This document shows, one piece after another, positions 39,016 through 54,800 of a stretch of DNA of 64,000 nucleotides (its first letter is position 1; the number at the start of each line of letters is the position of its first letter). Under the pieces are notes generated by a model. It was not told the DNA's origin and ran no database searches. It saw nothing but the letters and a program-made list of their open reading frames with translations. The position numbers and the translations under genes are program-made. Origin of the DNA: Eledone cirrhosa (Eukaryota); the NCBI GenBank assembly GCA_964016885.1, contig OZ024754.1, positions 15,562,001-15,626,000 of the forward strand, written 5' to 3'.

Positions 39016-39274
39016 GCATTTATATATACATATTTATGTATATATACATATATATGTTCATATGTACATACATATATGTGGTTATATCTATACATGTATG
39101 CGCTTGTGTGTGTGTGTGTTAGCGTGGATATTAGAAAGTCAGTGCCTCCTAGTGACATATTGTAGCATCCTTGCTGGGAATATATATAGGAATGAATAAA
39201 CATCTGACATCATACATCGTCACTTGCTCCCACCTGTTACGCCTACCTTACTAACAGCAGAAAGTTCAACTCAA

Positions 39275-40445
39275 AATAATTGTTTCTACTTTTGGCACAA
39301 GGCCAGCAATTATCGACCTCGTAAGGATGAAAGGTAAAGTTAACCTCGGCGGGATTTGAACTCAGCATGGCAAGGACCGTAACTCTATGCGTCAAAGCAT
39401 GGCGTCCGACCCTCTACCGAATCTGCCAATCCACCGTTTCTGCTAATAATAATTGTTTCTACCTTTGGCACAAGGCCAGCAAATTACCCATTGTATTACT
39501 GGTACTTTATTTTATCGACCCCGTAAGGATGAAAGGCAAAGTTAACCTCGGCGGGATTTGAACTCAGCATGGCAAGGACCGTAACTCTATGCGTCAAAGC
39601 ATGGCGTCCGACCCTCTACCGAATCTGCCAATCCACCGTTTATGCTAATAATAATTGTTTCTACCTTTGGCACAAGGCCAGCAAATTACCCATTGTATTA
39701 CTGGTACTTTATTTTATCGACCCCGTAAGGATGAAAGGTAAAGTTAACCTCGGCGGGATTTGAACTCAGCATGGCAAGGACCGTAACTCTATGCGTCAAA
39801 GCATGGCGTCCGACCCTCTACCGAATCTGCCAATCCACCGTTTATGCTAATAATAATTGTTTCTACCTTTGGCACAAGGCCAGCAAATTACCCATTGTAT
39901 TACTGGTACTTTATTTTATCGACCCCGTAAGGATGAAAGGTAAAGTTAACCTCGGCGGGATTTGAACTCAGCATGGCAAGGACCGTAACTCTATGCGTCA
40001 AAGCATGGCGTCCGACCCTCTACCGAATCTGCCAATCCACCGTTTATGCTAATAATAATTGTTTCTACCTTTGGCACAAGGCCAGCAAATTATCCATTGT
40101 ATTACTGGTACTTTATTTTATCGACCCCGTAAGGATGAAAGGTAAAGTTAACCTCGGCGGGATTTGAACTCAGCATGGCAAGGACCGTAACTCTATGCGT
40201 CAAAGCATGGCGTCCGACCCTCTACCGAATCTGCCAATCCACCGTTTATGCTAATAATAATTGTTTCTACCTTTGGCACAAGGCCAGCAAATTACCCATT
40301 GTATTACTGGTACTTTATTTTATCGACCCCGTAAGGATGAAAGGTAAAGTTAACCTCGGCGGGATTTGAACTCAGCATGGCAAGGACCGTAACTCTATGC
40401 GTCAAAGCATGGCGTCCGACCCTCTACCGAATCTGCCAATCCACC
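39275..40445 (-). repeat. Head-to-tail tandem array of whole SINEs, 202-bp period, ~6 copies
   Basis: Near-identical pseudo-ORFs start at 39367, 39569, 39771, 39973 and 40175; the first copy has an internal deletion. Confidence 0.93.
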
Positions 40446-40479
40446 AACGATGCTGAATAACCACTGAACATTAGTCCCA

Positions 40480-40486
40480 TTTCAAA
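40480..40486 (-). promoter_or_regulatory. Candidate CHR-like element (TTTGAAA) ~80 bp upstream of the shugoshin ATG
   Basis: TTTCAAA on the + strand. CHR elements mark G2/M genes, but a short motif like this could occur by chance in AT-rich DNA. Confidence 0.25.
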
Positions 40487-40561
40487 CACAAACTACTTAG
40501 CGAGAAAACTAAAATTGTGTAAGAACATTTAGACTGCAATGCATTAAAATTACCTTTTCTC

Positions 40562-40598
40562 ATGGCGTCTTCTAGCTGTTACAATAATATTATGTCAG
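40562..40598 (+). CDS. SGO1: Shugoshin, putative first coding exon (MASSSCYNNIMS-)
   Basis: tcATGG context and donor CAG|GTAATT in phase 1, matching the phase-1 acceptor at 41979. Confidence 0.55.
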
Positions 40599-40659
40599 GT
40601 AATTCGGTGCTCAGTTACCAACTAACCGACTATACGCGACATTTATGATATTTACTAGG

Positions 40660-41030
40660 AGTCGGATTGGTAGAGTCGTTAGAACGTCAGATAGAATGGT
40701 AGAGTCGTTAGAACGTCAGATAGAATGGTAGAGTCGTTAGAACGTCAGATAGAATGGTAGAGTCGTTAGAACGTCAGATAGAATGGTAGAGTCGTTAGAA
40801 CGTCAGATAGAATGGTAGAGTCGTTAGAATGTCAGATAGAATGGTAGAGTCGTTAGAACGTCAGATAGAATGGTAGAGTCGTTAGAACGTCAGATAGAAT
40901 GGTAGAGTCGTTAGAACGTCAGATAGAATGGTAGAGTCGTTAGAATGTCAGATAGAATGCTTTGCCATATTCGTTCCGGCTCTCTAGTCTCTGAGTTCAA
41001 ATCCCGCCGAGATCAACTTTGCCCAGTCTA
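40660..41030 (+). repeat. Intronic SINE with 10 x 29-bp expansion of its head (40669-40958)
   Basis: Unit GGTAGAGTCGTTAGAACGTCAGATAGAAT, followed by the B-box GAGTTCAAATCCCGCCGAG. Confidence 0.88.
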
Positions 41031-41079
41031 GTACTGGAATCGATTCTTGCTTTATATCTATTTCTCATTTCCTCTCAAC

Positions 41080-41178
<99 letters not shown>

Positions 41179-41979
41179 TCTCTACTTATCTGGAAGAAAT
41201 CGGCTGCTTTCAGACCTACGAGATGGGAAGGCCACCACCAGGTTTAAATGTCGTATATCACTACGCCTCTCCTAAAACTCCATCATGGGATCTGGCTCCA
41301 TACATACATGACATAGTTAAACTAAGTAGCTTTTTATTGTCGATAATTACAAGAATTATGCATCCTCGATATGTGAAACTTGAGACAAATTTAAGAATTG
41401 AATCACAGTGATTGTCATGTAAAAAAAATTACTTTGGATATATTTTGGCTAGTAAAATTTCATCATAAGAAAGTTCCCCAAAATAAAGAAATATAAACGA
41501 TGTGTAAATTTTGAAACGAAAGTACAAAGAACTCTTGAACTGTCTACCTAGAAAATGTGAAACCTTTCAATTTCCCAAGAGTTTGTTTCAGTCACACTCA
41601 TCAATAAGTGGATTATATGAAACCACATTATCAAGACATTCTTGAAGAGTTTAAAACCACTATAACTGCTTGACATTAAAAATTAAAGTCGTTATCCTAA
41701 TATTGCAAATTTTCATAACAATCTGTCCATTATTAAAGATACGATAACCACTAGTAAAGATGCTATAAACATTTGAATTAACAAATTACATGAAATCACA
41801 TTAACAAGACATTCTTTGAGAAGTACAATACAGCACTGTTATTAAAGATATTTTAACCATTTGGATTAACAAATCTGAATCATTACAGGATGTTAAGAGT
41901 TAATGAAAGCATATCAAGATTTAAACAGGTTTGAAAATTAATGAAATTTAAAAGATTTTGTTATTATTTCTATTTTTAG

Positions 41980-42188
41980 TGAATAATTCGACAAAAGTGA
42001 AACAGACGTTGAGATCTAACAATAGAGCTCTAGCCCATGCCTTACAGGTTGCCAAACAAGACTTAGCATTGGCATCAAACATCATCTCTTCTCTTCGGAT
42101 TGATAATAGAAATATGATGCTTGATGCTGCCAATAATAAGTTTGTTGCTTCACAATGTGTTGATGAACAAGTTGGTGCTCGTTTGAAG
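41980..42188 (+). CDS. SGO1: Shugoshin N-terminal coiled-coil exon
   Basis: TTTTTAG| acceptor and AAG|GTAACT donor. Encodes (V)NNSTKVKQTLRSNNRALAHALQVAKQDLALASNIISSLRIDN.., matching the shugoshin NNS..K..L..NNRALAxAL signature. Confidence 0.82.
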
Positions 42189-42189
42189 G

Positions 42190-42715
42190 TAACTACTATA
42201 TATATATATATAATATATTATTTGTGTATAATATTACCAACTACTGTATATATATATATAATATATTACTTGTGTATAATATGACCAACTACTGTGTATA
42301 TGTGTGTAATATATTACTTGTGTATAATATAACCAACTACTGTATATATGTGTGTAATATATTACTTGTGTATAATATTACCAACTACTGTATATATGTG
42401 TGTGTAATATATTATTTGTGTATAATATTGCCAACTACTGTATATATGTGTGTAATATATGACTTGTGTATAATATAACTAACTACTGTATATATGTGTG
42501 TAATATATTACTTGTGTATATATGCCCAACTACTGTGTATATATGTAATACACTACTTGTGTATATTATGACCAAATACTGTATATATGTGTGTAATATG
42601 TTACTTGTGTATAATATTAACAAATACTGTATATATGTGTGTGTAATATATTACTTGTATATAATATTATCAGCTACTGTATATATATATATGTAATATG
42701 TTATTGTATATAATA
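42190..42715. repeat. ~48-50 bp minisatellite, ~11 copies, starting at the splice donor
   Basis: Unit AACTACTGTATATATGTGTGTAATATATTACTTGTGTATAATATTACC. Confidence 0.85.
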
Positions 42716-42804
42716 TTCAGTTTCTCATGAAGAGTATATAAAAATATTTTAATGATAATAAAGAGAATATTTCAATCCTAGAAATATTAAAGTTAGTTAA
42801 AATG

Positions 42805-45800
42805 ATAGAAAATGGTACTGTCATAGAACATGGTACTCTCATAGAACATGTTACTCTCATAGAACATGGTACTGTCATAGAACATGGTACTGTCATAGAA
42901 TATGGTACTGTCATAGAATATGGTACTGTCACAGAACGTGGTACTGTCATAGAACATGGTACTGTCACAGAACATGGTACTGTCATAGAACATGGTACTG
43001 TCATAGAACATGTTACTCTCAAAGAACATGGTACTGTCATAGAACATGGTACTGTCATAGAATATGGTACTGTCATAGAATATGGTACTGTCACAGAACG
43101 TGGTACTGTCATAGAACATGGTACTGTCACAGAACATGGTACTGTCATAGAACATGGTACTGTCATAGAACATGTTACTCTCAAAGAACATGGTACTGTC
43201 ATAGAACATGGTACTGTCATAGAATACGGTACTGTCATAGAACATGGTACTGTCATAGAACATGGTAATCTCACAGAACATGTTACTGTCATAGAACATG
43301 GTACTGTCATAGAACATGGTACTGTCACAGAACATGGTACTGTCATGGAACATGTTACTCTCATAGAACATGGTACTGTCATAGAACATGGTACTGTCAT
43401 AGAATATGGTACTGTCTTAGAATATGGTACTGTCACAGAACATGGTACTGTCATAGAACATGGTACTGTCACAGAACATGGTACTGTCATAGAACATGTT
43501 ACTCTCATAGAATATGGTACTGGAATAGAACATGGTACTGTCATAGAACATGGTACTGTCATAGAACATGGTACTGTCATAGAACATGGTACTGTCACAG
43601 AACATGGTACTGTCATAGAACATGTTACTCTCATAGAATATGGTACTGTCATAGAACATGCTACTGTCATAGAATATGGTACTGTCATAGAATATGGTAC
43701 TGTCACAGAACATGGTATGTCATAGAACATGTTACTCTCATAGAATATGGTACTGTCATAGAACATGGTACTGTCATAGAACACGGTACTGTCATAGAAT
43801 ATGGTACTGTCACAGAACATGGTACTGTCATAGAACATGGTACTGTCATAGAACATGGTACTGTCACAGAACATGGTACTGTCACAGAACATGGTAGTGT
43901 CATAGAACAAGGTACTGTCATAGAACAAGGTACTGTCACAGAACATGGTAGTGTCATAGTACATGGCACTGTCATAGAACATGGTACTGTCACAGAACAT
44001 GGTACTGTCATAGAATATGGTACTGTCACAGAACATGGTACTGTCACAGAACATGGAACTGTCACAGAACATGGTACTGTCATAGAACATGGCACTGTCA
44101 TAGAACATGGTACTGTCATAGAACATGGAACTGTCATAGAACATGGTATTGTCATAGAACATGGTACTGTCATAGAACATGGTACTGTCGAAGAACATGG
44201 TACTGCCATAGAACATGGTACTGTCGCAGAACATGGTACTGTCACAGAACATGGTACTGTCACAGAACATGGTACTGTCATAGAACATGGTACTGTCATA
44301 GAACATGGAACTGTCATAGAACATGGTATTGTCATAGAACATGGTACTGTCGCAGAACATGGTACTGTCACAGAACATGGTACTGTCACAGAACATGGTA
44401 CTGTCATAGAACATTGTACTGTCATAGAACATGGTACTGTCACAGAACATGGTACTGTCATAGAACATGGTACTATCATAGAACATGGTAGTGTCATAGA
44501 ACATGGTACTGTCATAGAACATGGTACTATCATAGAACATGGTAGTGTCATAGAACATGGTACTGTCACAGAACATGGTACTGTCATAGAACATGGTACT
44601 ATCATAGAACATGGTAGTGTCATAGAACATGGTACTGTCACAAAACATGGAACTGTCATAGAACATGGTACTGTCGTATAACATGGTACTGCCATAGAAC
44701 ATGGTATTGTCATAGAACATGGTACTGTCATAGAACATGGTACTGTCATATAACATGGTACTGTCATATATCATGGTACTGTCATAGAACATGGTACTGT
44801 CATATAACATGGTACTGTCATATATCATGGCACTGTCATAGAACATGGTACTGTCATAGAACAAAGTACTGTCATAAGACATGGTACTGTCATAGAACAT
44901 GGTACTGTCATAGAACATGGTACTGTCATATAACATGGTACTATCATAGAACAACGTTCTATCATAGAACATGGTACTGTCACATAACATGGTACTGTCA
45001 CAGAACATTGTACTGTCATAGAACATGGTACTCTCATAGAACATGGTACTGTCATAGAAAATGGTGCTGTCATAGAACAAGATACTGTCACAGAACATGG
45101 TACTGTCATAGAACAAGATAATGTCATAGAACATGGTACTGTCACAGAACATGGTACAGTCATAGAACATGGTACTGTCACAGAACATGGTACTGTCATA
45201 GAACATGTTACTCTTATAGAACATGGTACTGTCATAGAACATGGTACTGTCATAGAATATGGTACTGTCACAGAACATGGTACTGTCATAGAACATGGTA
45301 CTGTCACAGAACATGGTACTGTCATAGAACATGGTACTGTCATAGAACATGGTACTGTCATAGAACATGGTATTGTCATAGAACAAGATACTGTAATAGA
45401 ACATGGTACTGTCATAGAACATGGTACTGTCATAGAACATGGTACGGTCACAGAACATGGTACTGTCATAGAACATGGTACTGTCATAGAACATGGTACT
45501 GTCATACAACAAGGTACTGTCATAGAATATGGCACTGTCATATAACATGGTACTGTTATAGAACATGGTACTGTCATAGAACATGGTACTGTCATTGAAC
45601 AAGGTACTGTCATAGAACATAGTACTGTCATAGAACATGGTACTGTCATAGAACATAGTACTGTCATAGAACATGGTACTGTCATAGAACATAGTACTGT
45701 CATAGAACATGGTACTGTCACAGAACATGGTACTGTCATAGAACATGGTACTGTCATAGAACATGGTACTGTCATAGAACATGGTACTGTCACAGAACAT

Positions 45801-48800
45801 TGTACCGTCATAGAACATGGTACTGTCACAGAACATGGTACTCTCATAGAACATGGTACTGTCATAGAACAAGGTACTATCATAGAACATGGTACTGTCA
45901 TAGAACATGGTACTCTCATAGAACATGGTACTGTCATAGAACATGGTACCGTCAAAGAACACGGTACTGTCATAGAATATGGTACTGTCACAGAACATGG
46001 TACTGTCATAGAACATGGTACTGTCATAGAACATGGTACTGTCATAGAACAAGGTACTGTCATAGAACATGGTACTGTCATAGAACATGGTACTATCACA
46101 GAACATGGTACTGTCACAGAACATGGTACTGTCATAGAACAAGGTACTGTCATAGAACAAGGTACTGTCATAGAACATGGTACTGTCACAGAACATGGTA
46201 CTGTCACAGAACATGGTACTGTCATAGAACAAGGTACTGTCAAAGAACAAGGTACTGTCACAGAACATGGTACTGTCATAGAACATGGTACTGTCACAGA
46301 ACATTGTACCGTCATAGAACATGGTACTGTCATAGAACATGGTACTGTCATAGAACATGGTACTGCCATAGAACATGGTACTGTTATATAACATGGTACT
46401 GTCATAGAACAAGGTACTGTCATATAACAAGGTACTGTCATAGGACAAGGTACTGTCATAGAACATGGTACTGTCACAGAACATGGTAGTGTCACAGAAC
46501 ATGGTACTGTCATAGAACAAGGTACTGTCATAGAACAAGGTACTGTCATAGAACATGGTACTGTCACAGAACATGGTACTGTCACAGAACAGGGTACTGT
46601 CATAGAACAAGGTACTGTCATAGAACAAGGTAGAGTCACAGAACATGGTACTGTCATAGAACATAGTACTGTCACAGAACATGTTACTGTCACAGAACAT
46701 GGTACTGTCATAGAACAAGGTACTGTCATAGAACAAGGTACTGTCACAGAACATGGTACTGTCATAGAACATGGTACTGTCACAGAACATTGTACCGTCA
46801 TAGAACATGGTACTCTCATAGAACATGGTACTCTCATAGAACATGGTACTGTCATAGAACATGGTACTGTCACAGAACATTGTACCGTCATAGAACATGG
46901 TACTGTCATAGAACATGGTACTGCCATAGAACATGGTACTGTCATAGAACATGGTACGGTCATAGAACATGGTACTGTCATAGAACATGGCACTGTCATA
47001 GAACATGGCACTGTCACAGTACATGGTACTGTCATAGAACATGGTACTCTCATAGAACATGTTACTGTCATAGAACATGGTACTGTCACAGAACATTGTA
47101 CCGTCATAGAACATGGTACTGTCATAGAACATGGTACTGTCATAGAACATGGTACTGTCACAGAACATGGCACTGTCATAGAACATGGCACTGTCACAGT
47201 ACATGATACTGTCATAGAACATGGTACTGTCATAGAACATGATACTGTCACAGAACATGGTACTGTCATAGAACATGGTACTGTCATAGAACATGGTACT
47301 GTCATAGAACATGGCACTGTCACAGTACATGGTACTGTCATAGAACATGGTACTGTCATAGAACATGGTACTGTCACAGAACATGGTACTGTCATAGAAC
47401 ATGGCACTGTCACAGTACATGGTACTCTCATAGAACATGGTACTGTCATAGAACATGATACTGTCACAGAACATGGTACTGTCATAGAACATGATACTAT
47501 CATAGAACATGGTACTGACATAGAACATGGTACTGACATAGAACATGGTACTGTCATAGAAAATGATACTGTCATAGAACATGGTACTGTCATAGAACAT
47601 GGTACTGTCATAGAACATGGTACTGTCATAGAACATGGTACTGTCACAGAACATGGTACTGTCATAGAACATGGTACTGACATAGAACATGGTACTGTCA
47701 TAGAACATGATACTGTCATAGAACATGGTACTGTCATAGAACATGGTACTGTCATAGAACATGGTACTGTCATAGAACATGGTACTGTCACAGAACATGG
47801 TACTGACATAGAACATGGTACTGTCATAGAACATGGTACTGTCATAGAACATGATACTGTCACAGAACATGGTACTGTCATAGAACATGGTACTGTCATA
47901 GAACATGGTACTGTCATAGAACATGGTACTGTCATAGAACATGGCACTGTCATAGAACATGGTACTGTCATAGAACATGGTACTGTCACAGAACATGGTA
48001 CTGTCATAGAACATGGCACTGTCACAGAACATGGTACTGTCATAGAACATGGTACTGTCATAGAACATGGTACTGTCACAGTACATGGTACTGTCATAGA
48101 ACATGGTACTGTCATAGAACATGGTACTGTCATAGAACATGGTACTGTCACAGAACATGGTACTGTCATAGAACATGGTACTGTCACAGAACATGGTACT
48201 GTCATAGAACATGGCACTGTCACAGAACATGGTACTGTCATAGAACATGGTACTGTCATAGAACATGGTACTGTCATAGAACATGGTACTGTCACAGAAC
48301 ATGGTACTGACATAGAACATGGCACTGTCACAGAACATGGTACTGTCATAGAACATGGTACTGTCATAGAACATGGCACTGTCACAGTACATGGTACTGT
48401 CATAGAACATGGTACTGTCATAGAACATGGTACTGTCACAGAACATGGTACTGTCATAGAACATGGCACTGTCACAGTACATGGTACTCTCATAGAACAT
48501 GGTACTGTCATAGAACATGATACTGTCATAGAACATGGTACTGTCATAGAACATGATTCTGTCATAGAACATGGTACTGTCATAGAACATGATACTGTCA
48601 CAGAACATGGTACTGTCATAGAACATGGTACTGTCATAGAACATGATATTGTCATAGAACATGGTACTCTCATAGAACATGGTACTGCCATAGAACATGG
48701 TACTGTCATAGAACATGGTACTGTCATAGAACATGGCACTGTCATAGAACATGGTACTGTCATAGAACATGGCACTGTCATAGAACATGGTACTGTCATA

Positions 48801-51800
48801 GAACATGGTACTGTCATAGAACATGGCACTGTCATAGAACATGGTACTGTCACAGAACATGGTACTGTCATAGAATATGGTACTGTCATAGAACATGGTA
48901 CTGTCATAGAACATGGTACTGTCATAGAACATGGTACTGTCACAGAACATGGTACTGTCATAGAATATGGTACTGTCATAGAACATGGTACTGTCATAGA
49001 ACATGGTACTGTCATAGAACATGGCACTGTCATAGAACATGGTACTGTCACAGAACATGGTACTGTCATAGAATATGGTACTGTCACAGAACATGGTACT
49101 GTCAAAGAACATGGAACTGTCACAGAACATGGTACTGTCATAGAACATGGCACTGTCATAGAACATGGTACTGTCATAGAACATGGAACTGTCATAGAAC
49201 ATGGTACTGTCGCAGAACATGGTACTGCCATAGAACATGGTACTGTCGCAGAACATGGTACTGTCATAGAACATGGCACTGTCATAGAACAAGGTATTGT
49301 CATAGAACATGGTACTGTCATAGAACATGGTACTGTCGCAGAACATGGTACTGCCATAGAACATGGTACTGTCGCAGAACATGGTACTGTCATAGAACAT
49401 GGTACTGTCACAGAACATGGTACTGTCATAGAACATGGCACTGTCACAGAACATGGTACTGTCATAGAACATGGTACTGTCATAGAACATGGTACTGTCA
49501 TAGAACATGGTACTGACATAGAACATGGTACTGTCATAGAACATGATACTGTCATAGAACATGGTACTGTCATAGAACATGGTACTGTCATAGAACATGG
49601 TACTGTCATAGAACATGGTACTGTCACAGAACATGGTACTGACATAGAACATGGTACTGTCATAGAACATGGTACTGTCATAGAACATGATACTGTCACA
49701 GAACATGGTACTGTCATAGAACATGGTACTGTCATAGAACATGGTACTGTCATAGAACATGGTACTGTCATAGAACATGGCACTGTCATAGAACATGGTA
49801 CTGTCATAGAACATGGTACTGTCACAGAACATGGTACTGTCATAGAACATGGCACTGTCACAGAACATGGTACTGTCATAGAACATGGTACTGTCATAGA
49901 ACATGGTACTGTCACAGTACATGGTACTGTCATAGAACATGGTACTGTCATAGAACATGGTACTGTCATAGAACATGGTACTGTCACAGAACATGGTACT
50001 GTCATAGAACATGGTACTGTCACAGAACATGGTACTGTCATAGAACATGGCACTGTCACAGAACATGGTACTGTCATAGAACATGGTACTGTCATAGAAC
50101 ATGGTACTGTCATAGAACATGGTACTGTCACAGAACATGGTACTGTCATAGAACATGGCACTGTCACAGAACATGGTACTGTCATAGAACATGGTACTGT
50201 CATAGAACATGGCACTGTCACAGTACATGGTACTGTCATAGAACATGGTACTGTCATAGAACATGGTACTGTCACAGAACATGGTACTGTCATAGAACAT
50301 GGCACTGTCACAGTACATGGTACTCTCATAGAACATGGTACTGTCATAGAACATGATACTGTCATAGAACATGGTACTGTCATAGAACATGATTCTGTCA
50401 TAGAACATGGTACTGTCATAGAACATGATACTGTCACAGAACATGGTACTGTCATAGAACATGGTACTGTCATAGAACATGATATTGTCATAGAACATGG
50501 TACTCTCATAGAACATGGTACTGCCATAGAACATGGTACTGTCATAGAACATGGTACTGTCATAGAACATGGCACTGTCATAGAACATGGTACTGTCATA
50601 GAACATGGCACTGTCATAGAACATGGTACTGTCATAGAACATGGTACTGTCATAGAACATGGCACTGTCATAGAACATGGTACTGTCACAGAACATGGTA
50701 CTGTCATAGAATATGGTACTGTCATAGAACATGGTACTGTCATAGAACATGGTACTGTCATAGAACATGGTACTGTCACAGAACATGGTACTGTCATAGA
50801 ATATGGTACTGTCATAGAACATGGTACTGTCATAGAACATGGTACTGTCATAGAACATGGCACTGTCATAGAACATGGTACTGTCACAGAACATGGTACT
50901 GTCATAGAATATGGTACTGTCACAGAACATGGTACTGTCAAAGAACATGGAACTGTCACAGAACATGGTACTGTCATAGAACATGGCACTGTCATAGAAC
51001 ATGGTACTGTCATAGAACATGGAACTGTCATAGAACATGGTACTGTCGCAGAACATGGTACTGCCATAGAACATGGTACTGTCGCAGAACATGGTACTGT
51101 CATAGAACATGGCACTGTCATAGAACAAGGTATTGTCATAGAACATGGTACTGTCATAGAACATGGTACTGTCGCAGAACATGGTACTGCCATAGAACAT
51201 GGTACTGTCGCAGAACATGGTACTGTTACAGAACATGGTACTGTCACAGAATTTGGTACTGCCATAGAACATGGTACTGTCACAGAACATGGTACTGTCA
51301 TAGAACATGGTACTGTCATAGAACATGGAACTGTCATAGAACATGGCACTGTCATAGAACATGGTACTGCCATAGAACATGGTACTGTCACAGAACATGG
51401 TACTGTCATAGAACATGGTACTGTCATAGAACATGGAACTGTCATAGAACATGGTACTGTCATAGAACATGGAACTGTCATAGAACATGGTACTGTCATA
51501 GAACATGGTACTGTCATAGAACATGGTACTGTCATATAACATGGTACTGCCATAGAACTTGGTACTGTCACAGAACATGGTACTGTCACAGAACATGGTA
51601 CTGTCATAGAACATGGCACTGTCACAGTACATGGTACTCTCATAGAACATGGTACTGTCATAGAACATGGTACTGTCATAGAACATGATATTGTCATAGA
51701 ACATGGTACTCTCATAGAACATGGTACTGCCATAGAACATGGTACTGTCATAGAACATGGTACTGTCATAGAACATGGCACTGTCATAGAACATGGTACT

Positions 51801-54800
51801 GTCATAGAACATGGCACTGTCATAGAACATGGTACTGTCATAGAACATGGTACTGTCATAGAACATGGCACTGTCATAGAACATGGTACTGTCACAGAAC
51901 ATGGTACTGTCATAGAATATGGTACTGTCATAGAACATGGTACTGTCATAGTATATGGTACTGTCATAGAACATGGTACTGTCATAGAACATGGTACTGT
52001 CATAGAACATGGCACTGTCATAGAACATGGTACTGTCACAGAACATGGTACTGTCATAGAATATGGTACTGTCACAGAACATGGTACTGTCAAAGAACAT
52101 GGAACTGTCACAGAACATGGTACTGTCATAGAACATGGCACTGTCATAGAACATGGTACTGTCATAGAACATGGAACTGTCATAGAACATGGTACTGTCG
52201 CAGAACATGGTACTGCCATAGAACATGGTACTGTCGCAGAACATGGTACTGTCATAGAACATGGCACTGTCATAGAACAAGGTATTGTCATAGAACATGG
52301 TACTGTCATAGAACATGGTACTGTCGCAGAACATGGTACTGCCATAGAACATGGTACTGTCGCAGAACATGGTACTGTCACAGAACATGGTACTGTCACA
52401 GAATTTGGTACTGCCATAGAACATGGTACTGTCACAGAACATGGTACTGTCATAGAACATGGTACTGTCATAGAACATGGAACTGTCATAGAACATGGCA
52501 CTGTCATAGAACATGGTACTGCCATAGAACATGGTACTGTCACAGAACATGGTACTGTCATAGAACATGGTACTGTCATAGAACATGGAACTGTCATAGA
52601 ACATGGTACTGTCATAGAACATGGAACTGTCATAGAACATGGTACTGTCATAGAACATGGTACTGTCATAGAACATGGTACTGTCATATAACATGGTACT
52701 GCCATAGAACTTGGTACTGTCACAGAACATGGTACTGTCACAGAACATGGTACTGTAATAGAACATGGTACTGTCATAGAACATGGTACTGTCATAGAAC
52801 ATGGTACTGTCATAGAACATGGTACTGTCATAGAACATGGTACTGTCATAGAACATGGTACTGTCATAGAACATGGTACTGTCATAGAACATGATACTGT
52901 CATAGAACATTGTACTGTCATAGAACATGGTACTGTCATAGAACATGATACTGTCATAGAACATGGTACTGTCATAGAACATGGTACTGTCATAGAACAT
53001 GATACTGTCATAGAACATGGTACTGTCATAGAACATGGTACTGTCATATAACATGTAACTGTCATATAACATGGTACTGTCACAGAACATGTTACTGCCA
53101 TAGAAGATGGTACTGTGACAGAACATGGTACTGTCATAGAACATGGTACTGTCACAGAACATGGTACTGTCACAGGACATGGTACTGTCATAGAACATTG
53201 TACTGTCATAGAACATGGTACTGTCATAGAACATGGTACTGTCATAGAACATGGAACTGTCATAGAACATGGTACTGTCATAGAACATGTTACTGTCATA
53301 GAACATGGTACAGTCACAGAACATGGTACTGTCATAGAACATGGTACTGTCATAGAACATGGTACTGTCACAGAACATGGTACTGTCATAGAACATGGTA
53401 CTGTCATAGAACATGGTACTGTCATAGAACATGGTACTGTCACAAAACATGGAACTGACATAGAACATTATTGTGTCACAGAACATGGTACTGTCATATC
53501 ACATGGTACTGTCACAGAACATGGTACTGTCATAGAACATGGTACTGTAATAGAACATGCTACTGCCATAGAACTTGGCACTGTCATAGAACATGGTACT
53601 GTCACAGAACATGGTACTGTCACAGAACATGGTACTGTCGTAGAACATGGTACTGTCACAGAACATGGTACTGTCGCAGAAGATGGTACTGCCATAGAAC
53701 TTGGTACTGTCACAGAATATGGTACTGTCACAAATCATTGTACTGTCATAGAACATGGTACTGTCACAGAACATGGTACTGTCATATAACATGGTACTGC
53801 CATAGAACTTGGTACTGTCACAGAACATGGTACTGTCATAGAACATGGTACTGTCATAGAACATGGTACTGCCATAGAACATGGTACTGTCACAGAACAT
53901 GGTACTGTCATAGAACATGGTACTGTCACAGAACATGGTACTCTCATAGAATATGGTACTGTCATAGAACATGGTACTGTCATAGAACATGGTACTCTCA
54001 TACAACATGGTACTGTCATAGAACATGGTACTCTCATAGAATAAGATACTGCAATAGAAAATGGTACTTTCACAGAACATGGTACTGTCATAGAACATGG
54101 TACTGTCATAGAACATGGTACTGTCATAGAACATGGTATTGTCACAGAACATGGTACTGTCATAGAACATGGTACTGTTATAGAACATGGTACTGTCATA
54201 GAACATGGTATTGTCACAGAACATGGTACTGTCATAGAACATGGTACTGTTATAGAACATGGTACTGTCATAGAACATGGTATTGTCACAGAACATGGTA
54301 CTGTCATAGAACATGGTACTCTCATAGAACATGGTACTGTCACAGAACATTGTACTGTCATAGAACATGGTACTGCCATAGAACATTGTACTGTCACAGA
54401 ACGTGGTACTATCATAGAACATGGTACTCTCATAGAACATGGTACTGTCAAAGAACATGGTACTGTCTTATAACATGGTACTGTCTCAGAATATGGTACT
54501 GTCATAGAACATGGTACTGTCATAGAACATGGTACTGTCACAGAACATGGTACTGTCTTAGTACGTGGTACTGTCATAGAACATGGTACTGTCACAGAAC
54601 ATGGTACTGTCATAGAACATGGTACTGTCATAGAACATGATACTGTCATAGAACATGGTACTGTCACAGAATATGGTACTCTCTTAGAACATGGTACTGT
54701 CACAGAACATGGTACTGTCATAGAACATGGTACTGTCATAGAACATGGTACTGTCACAGAACATGGTACTGTCTTATAACATGGTACTGTCTCAGAATAT

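Noticed and set aside
42721-42804. Possible third shugoshin exon after TTCAG running into the satellite
   Set aside because: In-frame TAA at codon 7 in the required phase 0.
42717-53486. 3589-aa (MFYDST)n ORF and other satellite ORFs as real proteins
   Set aside because: An 18-bp unit that lacks stops opens several frames on both strands. There is no unique N-terminus, and stops appear in the same frame further along the array.
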